A DNA stretch of 64,000 nucleotides from Blastocystis sp. Blastoise (lineage: Eukaryota > Protista > Bigyra: Opalinata), in assembly GCA_039096225.1 (NCBI GenBank), contig JBBPEB010000009.1, forward strand, positions 1,116,001 through 1,180,000, read 5' to 3'. The position numbers and the translations under genes were made by a program. A model generated the notes under the pieces. The model had not been told where the DNA came from, ran no database searches, and saw only the letters and a list, made by a program, of their open reading frames with translations. Shown here piece by piece: positions 42,900-55,567 of the stretch (the first letter of the stretch is position 1; each line of letters opens with the position of its first letter).

Positions 42900-45545
42900 G
42901 AAGTAATAATATTTAAGGATGTAGTAATAATAGTATCATAAAGAAGTAATATTATCATAAAGAAGTAATAGTATCATAAAGAAGTAATAGTATTATAAAG
43001 AAGTAATAGTATTATAAAGAAGTAATAGTATTATAAAGAAGTAATAGTATCATAAAGAAATAAAAGTATTGTAAAGAAGTAATAGTATTGTACAGAAGTA
43101 ATATTATTATAAGGAAGTAGTTACATTATAAGGAAGTAATAATATTATAAGTAAGTAGTTAAATTATAAGTAAGTAATATTATAATGAAGTAGTAATATT
43201 ATTATTATAAGTAAGTAGTAACATTATAAGTTATATTATTAAAATGAAGTAATAATATTGTAATGAAGTAATATTATAAGTAAGTAGTAATAATATTATT
43301 ATAAGTAAATGGTAACATTATAAGTTATATTATTATAATGAAGTCATAGTATTATAAGGAAGTCATATTATAATGAAGTAATAATATTATAAGGAAGTAA
43401 TAATATTATAAGGAATTAATATTATTATAAGTAAGTAGTAATAATATTATTATAAGTAAGTAATAATATTATAATGAAGTAATAGTATTATATAGATGTA
43501 ATAATATTATAAGGAAGTAATAGTATTATAAGGAAGTAATAATAATATAAGTAAGTAGTAATAATATTATTATAAGGAAGTAATAATATTATGAGGAAGT
43601 AATAGTATTGTAAAGAAGTCATAGTATTATAAGGAAGTAATAGTATTATAATGAAGTAATAATATCATAAAGAAGTAATATTATTATAAAGAAGTAATCT
43701 TATTATAAAGAAGTAATAGTATTATAAGGAAGTAATAGTATTATAAGGAAGTAATAATATTATGAGGAAGTAATAATATTATCATAAGTACTAACATTAT
43801 AAGTTATATTATTATAGGTAAGTAATAATATTATAAGTAAGTAGTAACATTATAAAGAAGTAGTAACATTATAAAGAAGTAGTAACATTATAAAGAAGTA
43901 GTAACATTATAAAGAAGTATTAATATTATAAAGAAGTAATAATATTATAAGGAAGTAATAGTATTATAAGGAAATAATAGTATTATGAGGAAGTAATAAT
44001 ATTATAAGTAAGTAGTAATAATATTATAAGTACTGACATTATAAGTTATAATATTATAAGGAAGTAATAGTATTATGAGGAAGTAATAGTATTATGAGGA
44101 AGTAATAGTATTATAAGAAAGTAATAGTATTATAAGAAAGTAATAGTATTATGAGGAAGTAATAGTATTATGAGGAAGTAATAGTATTATAAGGAAGTAA
44201 TAGTATTATGAGGAAGTAATAATATTATAATGAAGTAATAATATTATAAGTAAGTAGTAATAATATTATAAAGAAGTAATAATATTATAAGGAAATAATA
44301 ATATTATGAGGAAGTAATAGTATTATAAAGAAGTAATAGTATTATAAGGAAGTAATAGTATTATAAGGAAGTAATAATATTATAAGGAAGTAATAATATT
44401 ATAAGTAAGTAGTAATAATATTATAAGTACTAACATTATAAGTTATAATATTATAAAGAAGTAATAATATTATAAGGAAGTAATAATATTATAAGTAAGT
44501 AATAATATTATAAGTAAGTAGTAATAATATTATAAAGAAGTAATAGTATTATGAGGAAGTAATAGTATTATAAGGAAGTAATAGTATTATAAGTACTAAC
44601 ATTATAAGTTATATTATTATAAGTAAGTAATAATATTATGAGGAAGTAATAGTATTATGAGGAAGTAATAGTATTATAAGTACTAACATTATAAGTTATA
44701 TTATTATAAGTAAGTAATAATATTATAAGTAAGTAATAATATTATAAGGAAGTAATAGTATTATAAGTAAGTAATAATATTATAAGGAAGTAATAATACT
44801 ATAAGTACTAACATTATAAGTTATATTATTATAAGTAAGTAATATTATTATAGGAAAGTAATAATATTATAAGTAAGTAGTAACATTATAAGGAAGTAAT
44901 AATATTATAAAGAAGTAATAATAATATGAGGAAGTAATAATATTATGAGGAATTAATATTATCATAAGTAAGTAGTAATAATATAAGGAAGTAATAATAT
45001 TATAAGGAATTAGTATTATCATAAGTAAGTAGTAATAATATTATTATAAGTAAGTAGTAATATTATTATAGGAAAGTAATAATATTATAAGGAAGTAGTA
45101 GTAATAAGGAAGCAATTACAATATTATTATAAAGAAGTTGTAATAATATTATAGGTAAGTAATATTATTATAGGTAAGTAATAATAGTATTATAGGAAAG
45201 TAATAATATTATAAGGAAGTAGTATTAATATTATTATAGGTAAGTAATAATATTACAGGTAAGTAATAATATTACAGGTAAGTAATAATATTATAGGTAA
45301 GTAATATTATTATAGGTAAATAGTAATAATATTATAGGTAAGTAATAATATTATAGGTAAATAGTAATAATATTATAGGTAAGTAATAATATTATAGGTA
45401 AGTAATAATATTATAAGGAAGTAATAATATTATAAGGAAGTAGTAGTAATAATTTTATAGGTAAGTAATAATATTATAAGGAAGTAGTAGTAATAATAAT
45501 AGTATAAGTAATAGTATTATAAGGAAGTAATAATACTATTATTAT
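42900..45545. repeat. About 2.6-kb degenerate minisatellite, basic unit 19 bp (AAGGAAGTAATAGTATTAT), inside the transposon
   Basis: The 19-bp period is clear at 42991-43050 and 44060-44210. Variant units (AAGTAAGT, AGGTAAGT, AGTACTAACATTATAAGTT) recur. All frames are closed. Confidence 0.92.
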
Positions 45546-45808
45546 CGCCAAAAAAGTTAATTTCATCATTCATATTATTCTTCTTAGTTATAACATTAAT
45601 ATAATTCTTATCATTATTATAAGATAATATATTATTATTATAATTAGTACCTATAAGGCACTCATACTTATATTCTTATTATTTTCTTTACATGATTCTT
45701 TTTATTCTTATTATAATATCATAAAATCTAGAAGTGAGAAATAAAATTATGAAAAGCAGAATCTATAGAATGTAAATAAATATTTCTGTGTAACGCTTGT
45801 AATAATAA

Positions 45809-45842
<34 letters not shown>

Positions 45843-45844
<2 letters not shown>

Positions 45845-47190
45845 TATATGTTTCAAGTGGATATTGAGTAGTTGATATATCTAATAGTAATTGAGAGCAG
45901 GCATGATCATTACAGAGATTAAGGAATATATCTAAGCAATTTTTAATAATCACTGTATTATCTTCCCAATAACGAAGGTTATTCAAAATTACATCGATTA
46001 AGTGATTTAATATATTACTCTTCTTACATCTAGACAAAAAATAAGATAAATCATCAATGCAATATTGATAAATTATTTATATATATATTTAATTTCTATC
46101 TATTAATACATAGCCAATAAATATATATAATTGCTCTTTTCGAGAGGAATTCATATCAAGAAAGGTATCATCAGGAAGACGCTTCTTATTCTCATATATA
46201 TATCTATATTTCTGAATTGTTCAAAGAAAATTTAATGATAATTCCATGTTGGAATTAATCCTACTAAATCAATTCTATATATATATATTTATACATATAT
46301 ATATATACTGTAAAAACGAAAGCAAAAACAAATGTAATAATATATAATAATATATATAATAATATATAATAACATATTATAATATAGTTTATATATATTT
46401 ACGTTAAGTCAATAACTAGCATTATGTTTAAGTTGAATAACTTCTGTACCTATTAATGATAGTTATTTTGAACCTGTGTTTGCTGAATACTTGATTAATA
46501 AAAACAGTAACAACAGTATTACAAAACCACGAAAGACAGCCTATAAATAATTGTTTAAGAATATATATATTGCTCAATAATTGTTTTATTCGCCAATTCT
46601 TGATAATCTGTAGTATTTACTCATACTTTAGAAAATTGATAAAGAAGGGTCTAGAAATACACGAGAATAGAAGTAATAAATATAATAATGAATATAAATA
46701 TAAACGTATATTTAAATGCAAATATAAACAAAAAAAGAGATTATTATAATAATACTATATACATTATATTCTTCATTAAGAGGATCAAAGCAGTTACATA
46801 TATATGTAGTATTCACTTAAAAAAATATCTGACTATTTGAGGTAATTGTTGCATTTCTATGGCTAAGCTTTCTGTATCACTAAGAGGGTTATTCATATCA
46901 TCATCAACATAATCATCTACACTTTCCATTTTACCATTAATATATGCTTGTATTAATTGATGAACAGATTCATTAAAACAACTTGTATTATCAATATCTG
47001 AACCGATCTGAACATAACGTTCAGCACAAATCAGTCAACTCCATAAAGTAAGTAAATAACTAAAAGAATTACTACACCATTGCCAATTCTTAAAGGAATC
47101 AATAGTAAAATTTGTTAAAAGACGAATAAATTCACTATATCGTGGAGTTCTGAAAAGTTCTGATAACTGGAAATTAGCCTAAAGAAATAG

Positions 47191-47237
<47 letters not shown>

Positions 47238-47525
47238 TTATAGTATAATATATTCGTATATAGAATTCATATAATACATTAATAATAATAATAATAAATA
47301 TATCTATATACTTTAAGTTTTCATAATAATTGACAGAACATATGATAAGTATCTTTATCATCAAATGCATGACTACGAGTTAATTGTTCAAAAACCTCTT
47401 CAATTAATAATTTTAAGAATTCTAAACGAGATTCAGGTTTAACAAAGAGATAACGTCTCATAGAAGTCATCATTAATAAACAATGTAAACAAGTGACTGT
47501 AGTAGGAGGATAGCAGGAGTAATAA
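45843..47525 (-). pseudogene. XPO7: Internal fragment of exportin-7 (RanBP16/17-like) with introns and premature stops, captured inside the CACTA element
   Basis: CLHCLLMMTSMRRYLF..ESRLEFL...DTYHMFCQLL*KLK|ANFQLSEL..PRYSEFIRLLTNFTIDSFKNWQWCSNSFSYLLTLWS*L...AYINGKMESV...NPLSD and LNNLRYWEDNTVIIKNCLDIFLNL are collinear with XPO7 as recalled (SVRRSLF, YHEFCRLL, NYQLGEL, YLLSLWQRL, TNLKYW). TGA at 47321-47323 and 47035-47037. No N- or C-terminus found. Confidence 0.85.
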
Positions 47526-49531
47526 CTAGATAAAGAAGATAATGATGACAATAATAATAAGTATAATAATAAGTATAATAATGATAGACATCTATTATAT
47601 AATATATATATATAATAATTACTATACAATGATTTTTAGTAAAGTTAAATAAATGAATAAATACAGAAAAGTATGTAATTAAATCAGAACAAAACATGAA
47701 TTTAATTTTTGCACAAAAACATATTCTGTTCTTGTTTAATATGATTAGACAAGCCGTAGACAATAGTAACAATCATAAAACTTAACCGATGTAGTTAATT
47801 CACAAAAGAATTGTGGCAGCATAACTTCTTAAATACTCTAATAAATATCCAAAACCATTATTGAAAGGCATAACTTCATTAACAACTGTAAACATCGAAA
47901 GGAAAAACTAAAAAGACAACAGATTAACAACAACATATAAAAAAATCTATAAGATTATAAAGTAATACGTGTAGCAATTATATCTATAATAATCAAACAC
48001 ATTTATCAATTTAAAATAAATTATGACATTTTGTTAACAATAATTATAATAAAAATTCTTCGTTTAAAAAAAACGAAGAAAACTCGCTGTTTTTTACAAA
48101 AAAATTTTTCTTCGTTTTTTAATCATTCATTGACCTAATTCAAATGTTACAAGCTGTTCGTCATATAGAATAAAAATTAGTTGTGTCTTCTTACTTTTAA
48201 ATAAAAACTAACAAATTATATTGATTTACTCAAAATCGATATGAAATAATTTGGGCAACTATAATGTTTATAGCATATAATTTAGGGTGATTATGCTATG
48301 ATACAATTGTGAAATCAACACACAAACAAATATTTGAATCTGATGCAAAATATTCTATTGACGCATCATTAAGGGTGTCTTGTGGCTCATATACTCATAT
48401 CTGATATGAAATGAGTCTTAAAACAATTTTCAATTATATTTAGACATGTTTTAATTCAAAAATAGAAATAGACCAAGTTTTGAATGGGAAAAACATTCCC
48501 GTAAGTATTTCAAAAATTTAAGACTCTGGTCTGACTGTCCATCAAACAAATAGGCTCGGTTATTTTTTTTCACTGAAAAAAAAATAACAAAATTTGAATT
48601 TTTGGCTGAAATTTGGTTTTGAGCCATAGCGGCCATTTTATTAATTTTTATTCGTATATATGACTCTTAAAAATCTTTTACTCCAAACACAACTATAAAA
48701 AACTTTATAATATGGACCCGATGAATTAACCAAATTTCGACTTAAAACAAACTAAAAACGTTTTTGATATTATGTGACATTCTAAGACGAGAAAATAATG
48801 TCAATTTTTTAATAAAATATGTCTAATATGGTTTTTTATACCTAAGAAAAACTAAACTGAAAAAAAGTGTCAAAATTTTGTCAAAATTCACGATTTTTGC
48901 CTAAGTCGCTGAAGTAAATCTCATTCCATTGGTGGAACAAGTTTTGAACCAAAATCAACCAATCAGATACATTTAATAATTAAAATATCGCTGATAGTGG
49001 TTTATTATAATAGTTTACATATATATATAGATATATATAGTATATCCTCTTAGTTATTTTTTAAACTAAAAGATATAATATTTATTTGTATATATATTAA
49101 TTATCCAATTTATTCATCTATTACTAAGAAAATTATATTAGTATAAATATTTTATTTATTATTAATTGTTAAATAGGCTGCCTTGTTTTTATTATGAATA
49201 AAAATCTTTATATAGTATATATGTAACTAAATTAAATATGTATAAAATTTTTATGGTGATAAAAAAAATAAAAAGAATATAGATAAAAAATATATATAAT
49301 TTCTATATTGTTAAATATATTATTTTTATGAAGAACAGTATATAAGAATAATTAAATCGACTAAATAAAGAGAAAATAATTAATATTATAGTATGCAAAA
49401 TAGAATATAAGTATTCTAATTAACTTTTAGATAGGGTTTTATAATATAATATTAAAAAGAAAAAACATACAAATATAATTTTTAAAATGCATATATATAT
49501 TTTATGAATAGATAAAATAATTATATATATC

Positions 49532-51678
49532 TTATTGGCTTGTAAATACTTCAAAATCAATTAAATCAAATTCATTTTTTTTATCAGGTTTATTATTATT
49601 AGCAAAGAAACTATTACCTAATTCAGGATAAGGAGATATATATACTGGACTCTCATCACATAGAAACTCATTATTACCATTTGTAAATTGATCTTTATCA
49701 ATTTGAGATTTTAAATATATACCACCACAAAATACTAGTTCCGAAGTAGAATCATTACTTATTAATGCACTATTTGTATATTCAGGATTAATATTTATTT
49801 TTGTATAATTATGTCCATGAGGATTTGTTAATGAAAATAAAAATGCTTTTGAATCTGCTCTAAATCCTGTGCCTCCTCGAAGTGGATTTTCCATATCTCT
49901 ATGATTCTTTCCCCAACCAACACTAGTATATCCTCCAAATATATACGATTGACCATATTCATCTTTTCCTTGTATAATTACTAACGATTCTTTCTCATCA
50001 CATTTCTCATGCCATTTCTTTACACTTCTATTCTCATCAGAACATCTATATAATAATTCCCATTTTTTATTTCCTTCAAACCATTTACTTAACTCATTAC
50101 CCATTTTTTCATTAATAAGAATTGAATTGGGTAAATATAAATGAGGATCTGGTATTAATTCATATACTTCATATTCATCAACAGTAAAATAATTAGTCTC
50201 TTGTGGACCAGCTGTATTTACAAATAAAGATCGGAATTGAGGAGTAAGACTATGAGCATATACAGTAGTTTTTTCATTAACATAACTGTCGTTATTATTA
50301 TGACAATCATCACTAATACATATATCCATAAAATCAGGGCCACGATTCTTATTACAATATAATGCATTATAAGGATCGAGAATATCATATTTAGTAGGAG
50401 GAATATCATATTCATTACTTAATGTAAATAAGAAAGACCCACTATCAAATTTCCACCAATTTTCACTTCTAGATTCCCAATATTGAGTAGTATATCCTCC
50501 AAATATATTAATCTTATTATCATGACCTTTATGCTTAATAATAGACACAGTAGGACATTTAGTATCGCAATATTTATGGAATTCACTTGCTTTATATTCA
50601 TATTCACTTGCTCTATAAATTATAATAATAAATACAATAAAACATACCTAAATAACAATTTCCATTGCTTTTCTTTACCAAGCCAATTTACTAAAGGTAT
50701 TTCCATAGATTTATTAGTAAGTATTCTTGTATAAGGGAAATATAAACAAGGAGTCAATGCTTCTTTTATCTTTTCTTTTACCTCATCACCAAATAAACTA
50801 TACATTTCATTCTCTAATAAATCTCTGTTTATATTCTTTGTTTCTTCTTCAGAAATATAAATACAATTATATTGAATATATTCATTAATATGATCAATAT
50901 ATTTATAATTCATCTGTATAAAAATTTCATTATTCTCTTCATCATAATCTACATATCCATCATCATATTCATTAATAATATAATTCCATAATCCATTCTT
51001 CTTTAAATAATCTCTTAATCTATCATCTTTCTTTTCATTTATGTAAAGAATAACATCATCATCTTCTTTATATGGTTTCATAATATGATTCTTTCTAAAT
51101 CTATATGGATATTTAACAAATTCTTCAGGAATAGGTAAACCACAATAACCAAACATTTTAAATAAATCAATTTGATCACTCAAACTTAACATATCAATAC
51201 TTATTTTCTTATTCATTAAAGAGTCAAATAATAAAGGAGCTACTGTTTCATCATAAGGATAATCTAAATAAATAGTACTATCAATACTTCTTTGATCTTC
51301 TTGAGAAGCTTCATAAATAAAACTACCTACTAAACTATTTGTTATTCTTTTAGGAAGAGAATAAAGTGGGCCGCCATTCTTAAATTGAATATAATCAATA
51401 CCATTATCATTATTATTCATAGTAGCATCATTTTCATGAACATATGAAGATTCTTGGATAATTATAGGTTTCTCATCACCAGTCTTATCATTCATTCCTT
51501 CACAATTTCTTACGGATTGCTTTACTAATTCATTTATAGACTCTCCTGAATGAATACAGAAACTTATTGATTTACTTAAAATACCAATCAAATCACCAAT
51601 CAGTCTTTCAAAATGAATTACATCCTTCTGGATATCACCCATCTTATCAAGATTAATTTCTACATTTTCTTTCACCAT
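49532..51678 (-). CDS. BTB-like + tandem double TLDc domain protein (family T, copy 2)
   Basis: ORF 50620-51678 (MVKEN..., BTB-like, WLGKEKQWKLLFR) is spliced over a short intron to RASE..FHKYCD..IFGGYT..FTVDEYEV. A second TLDc follows: WELLYRCS..WHEKCD..IFGGYTSVGW..AFLFSL..FDLIDFEVF. Confidence 0.85.
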
Positions 51679-53359
51679 TCTAAATAATAAAAGAAATTAA
51701 AAAATAATGAATAATTAGAAATATATAATTATGAAATATTATTCTTTTACTGCTTCAAATTTCTTAATAATCGTAAATTATTGAAAAAACAACTTTTTCA
51801 TCAATTTATGATTATTTTGATTTATTGACTTGATTTTTAAGATAAATACTGATTTCAATTTATTTTTTGTTCATTCTTTTTATTCCCTTATTATTCATTT
51901 AGATTATATATATAATGAAAACTGTAATATTTTATTACATCAAGATTGTGCAATTCATAAGAATAGTATTAAAGTAGATTAAAATAAACAACTCATTGTC
52001 ATTCTTTGTTCAAATAGCTAATGCTAGAAGTTTATCCTATATTAATTATTAATCAGAATGTTTTGAATATTATTAATCTATATTAATTACGTCTGAAAAA
52101 CTTTCTTTATTCACATTTTGGTTTCTAATCTCCTTCATATGGTCTATCTGAACATCAATATATGTTCATAACTATTCAAATGACTATAATTCACATGAAT
52201 CACTTTTCTACATGATGATTATGTTGTTTCTTTTATTCATTTCAACTGTTTCCTATTTTTTTAAATATTTTCACATTTATTATATATGTATTATATTCAC
52301 AATATAGTTCTCTATTCATTCAATATTATTTCATAGTTTATTTTCCAAATAGAAAAACATTATTTATCATATTTCCTATATTAGTTATAATCTATAATAT
52401 AATTTTTATATTCTATACATATTTTTATCATTATAAAAAAAAATATTATTAATATTTTTTCAAGAAATATTATTATCTAGGATATAATTTTTATAGATGT
52501 AGATCTCTCTTTGAGAATATATAAAACAATATTAATTACACTAATATATTTTTTATTTAATAAATTAGCAAGTCTCAATAAAATAATAATATATTATTTA
52601 TCTCTATTATAAAAATTAATCACAACAACATTAATGTTTTCTTGTAAGGATTGATTATGAAATTATGATTAAATAGATTCAAGATTATAAAAAAAATTCT
52701 ACTATTGTTACTATTCTTTTTGCAATATTTATTCATTTTAATCTCTTTTTCATTATAAGTATAAATATAACTATTCATAAATTATTATTTATTCAACAGA
52801 AAAAAAGCAGAATTCAATAATCTATATAAATCAAGCATTTTGTCACTTTTCATGATACATAATATTCAAATATTTTACAAATGTTTATAGCAAACTTTCT
52901 ATGTAATGGAAAAATAAAATAGTTTTAAAAAGTAATAAGCCTTTTAATTCTTCCAGTATATAAACAAAACATCTCAATAAAAAGTTTTTTTTTATCTATT
53001 TTCATATAACAACTATTTGTATAAAAAGGAAACTATTATTCAACTGTATAGTATCATTCTAATCAATATTTTTTATATATAAATACAAATATTTCAGAAG
53101 AATGTTTAGTACACATCATAGAACAATAAATACACTAACAACAAAAAAAATACTCTATAATACAGAATACAGTATACTTGAAGCATTAAACAATAGTATA
53201 TTTATTAATTGCTATTATTCGATTAGTTTTCACTTAAACAAAACAAATATACATATAATTTATATAAACATTAATAAATAATAAAAATTAAAAGAATAAT
53301 TGATTTTTAAAAACATAAAAATATATATATATATAAAATAAATTAATTTAAAAAATTAT

Positions 53360-55375
53360 TTAATTTACTTTTTTAAACTCATAATATACATGATTCTTCT
53401 GAATAAATGATGAGTCATCCAATTTCTGTTTATATGCATCAAATTCTTTATTTTTAATTGTATTACCTAAAAATATAAATAGATATAAATAGCTAAATAC
53501 GAATAATGTTAATCATAAACTCTTTCAACTTTGGAATTTTTCCAGTGATAATAAATTGGATAAGTTTTGATAAATGATCTTCATCATAAATATCTATAAA
53601 ATATATATTTTATTATATATTGAATATATATATACATATTATTAAGCTTCTTAAATTTTCAGTTTTATTTTCTTTTATACAATCAAATAACGTTTCTACT
53701 TCATACTTACTAATGTCTTTATATATATATAAACATAGAATGTATTATTTAGATATATTTATACAATTTGTTCCAATAATTGTGTCTATATATGAATTCG
53801 TACTATATTTATATTGAAGAATAGAAGTATCAGGATCATATATATAATCATCATCTGAACGAATTGATTCTAAAGAATAATAATATATATAAGTGAATAT
53901 AATAATAATATTATTATTAACATACCCCCTAATCGGATAATACTTGAAGATGGAAAATTATTATTATTTATATATTGAGATAAGTAACTAAAAAAATCAT
54001 TTCACCAGTAACTTTCAGAGCTTTCTATAGATACACATAATGTTTAAAAATTATTATTATATATTATTGAAATTATACATAAATATTCTTGATTTATAAT
54101 ATAAAATGTGTTATTTATATATATACAAGTCGTTATTGATTTTAAGTGAGGGAAATTGTTTGTATTAAATAATTTATAAAATGTAATATCTGGTATACCG
54201 TTGATTTCTAAATATAATATTTATATATAAATAAAAAATAGATATGTAATATATTAATGATATATATATTTAATAGTTATATTATATATATATATACGTA
54301 GAGTTAATTGAGTTGTATTTTGGAAACACCCTTTGAGAGTTAATTGATTTATAAAAGTCATAGTACAATCTAAAAATAATAGTAAAATGAATTAAATTAT
54401 TATTATTTATTATTTATATATATATAAACAATTACTTTCTATTCTAATAATAGAAACCTTAGGAATCAATTTCTCTAATATATTTTCAATGGCAGTTAAA
54501 TATTCAGTTGAAGAGTTTCCATTTATAGAAAGCACTATAAATGTATATATGTATATATGAGATTTATAAAATACCTTCAATTGTTAATTTATGAATAGTA
54601 TTAATTTTAATATCGTTAAAGATATTTGATATATTTTTTAAATATTCTATATTTATATTATCATTATTAACTATAGATATTATACAAAGAATAATAAAAA
54701 TATTAATATATTTATAAAAAATATACAATTAACAATTAAATCATTCAAATGTTGAAATATATCACTCTTCAAGAATCTTTCTAATGAACTATTTACATCA
54801 GTTTCAAATTCTTTACGATCTATGAATAAATAGTAGTATTTTATGTATATATATTATTGATCAACTATATTTATTTATTAAATAGAAATAAATACTTTTG
54901 AATATAATATCTAAATTATTAATATGTTGTTTATAATTTTTAAAACAATCTAATTTTTTAATGTTGTCAGAATTAGATGAAAAAACTAAAAAGAATATAT
55001 ATAATAATAATCACTTAAAAAGAGAAAATTCTTTTATATACTACATAGTTTATCAAAAGAAATTAGATTTTTCTCTAATAATTCTTTTAAATGTGGAAAA
55101 TTATAAATTAACTTGGCTATAAATATATAAATAATAATTTATATAAATAATATTATAAAAATAAATATATAAAAGCATATATATATATACTGCGTGCATC
55201 TAAAGAAATGATGTTAATATGAATTGAATATTTAAAAGCTATTTTTTCTAAACGAATAGCTATTCCTTCTTCTTGACCGTAATCAATTTTATTAATACGA
55301 ACAATATCAATCATAGACATTAATTTCAAAGGAAATAATAAATTAAAACTACTAATACCTATATAAACACGATAT

Positions 55376-55451
<76 letters not shown>

Positions 55452-55532
55452 TTTACTTATATCAATCTCATATTGGATAATATGTAATTTAGGGAAGCAT
55501 TCTTTCTTTATTGATGATAATTGGAATGATTC

Positions 55533-55567
<35 letters not shown>

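Larger units (their letters stand above)
35383..48999. mobile_element. CACTA / EnSpm (CMC) DNA transposon, 13,617 bp, carrying cargo
   Basis: Left end AACTATCAGCGAT (35383-35395). Right end ATCGCTGATAGTG (48987-48999), whose reverse complement is CACTATCAGCGAT (12/13 match). GTT lies directly on both sides (35380-35382 and 49000-49002), a 3-bp TSD. An EnSpm-type transposase lies inside. Confidence 0.9.

Noticed and set aside
42900-45545. CRISPR-like array or telomeric repeat
   Set aside because: Units are contiguous and degenerate with no unique spacers, there are no cas genes, the context is eukaryotic and the position is internal.
48451-48636. 61-aa minus-strand ORF near the right TIR
   Set aside because: Short, with no recognisable motif or splice support; likely non-coding subterminal sequence.
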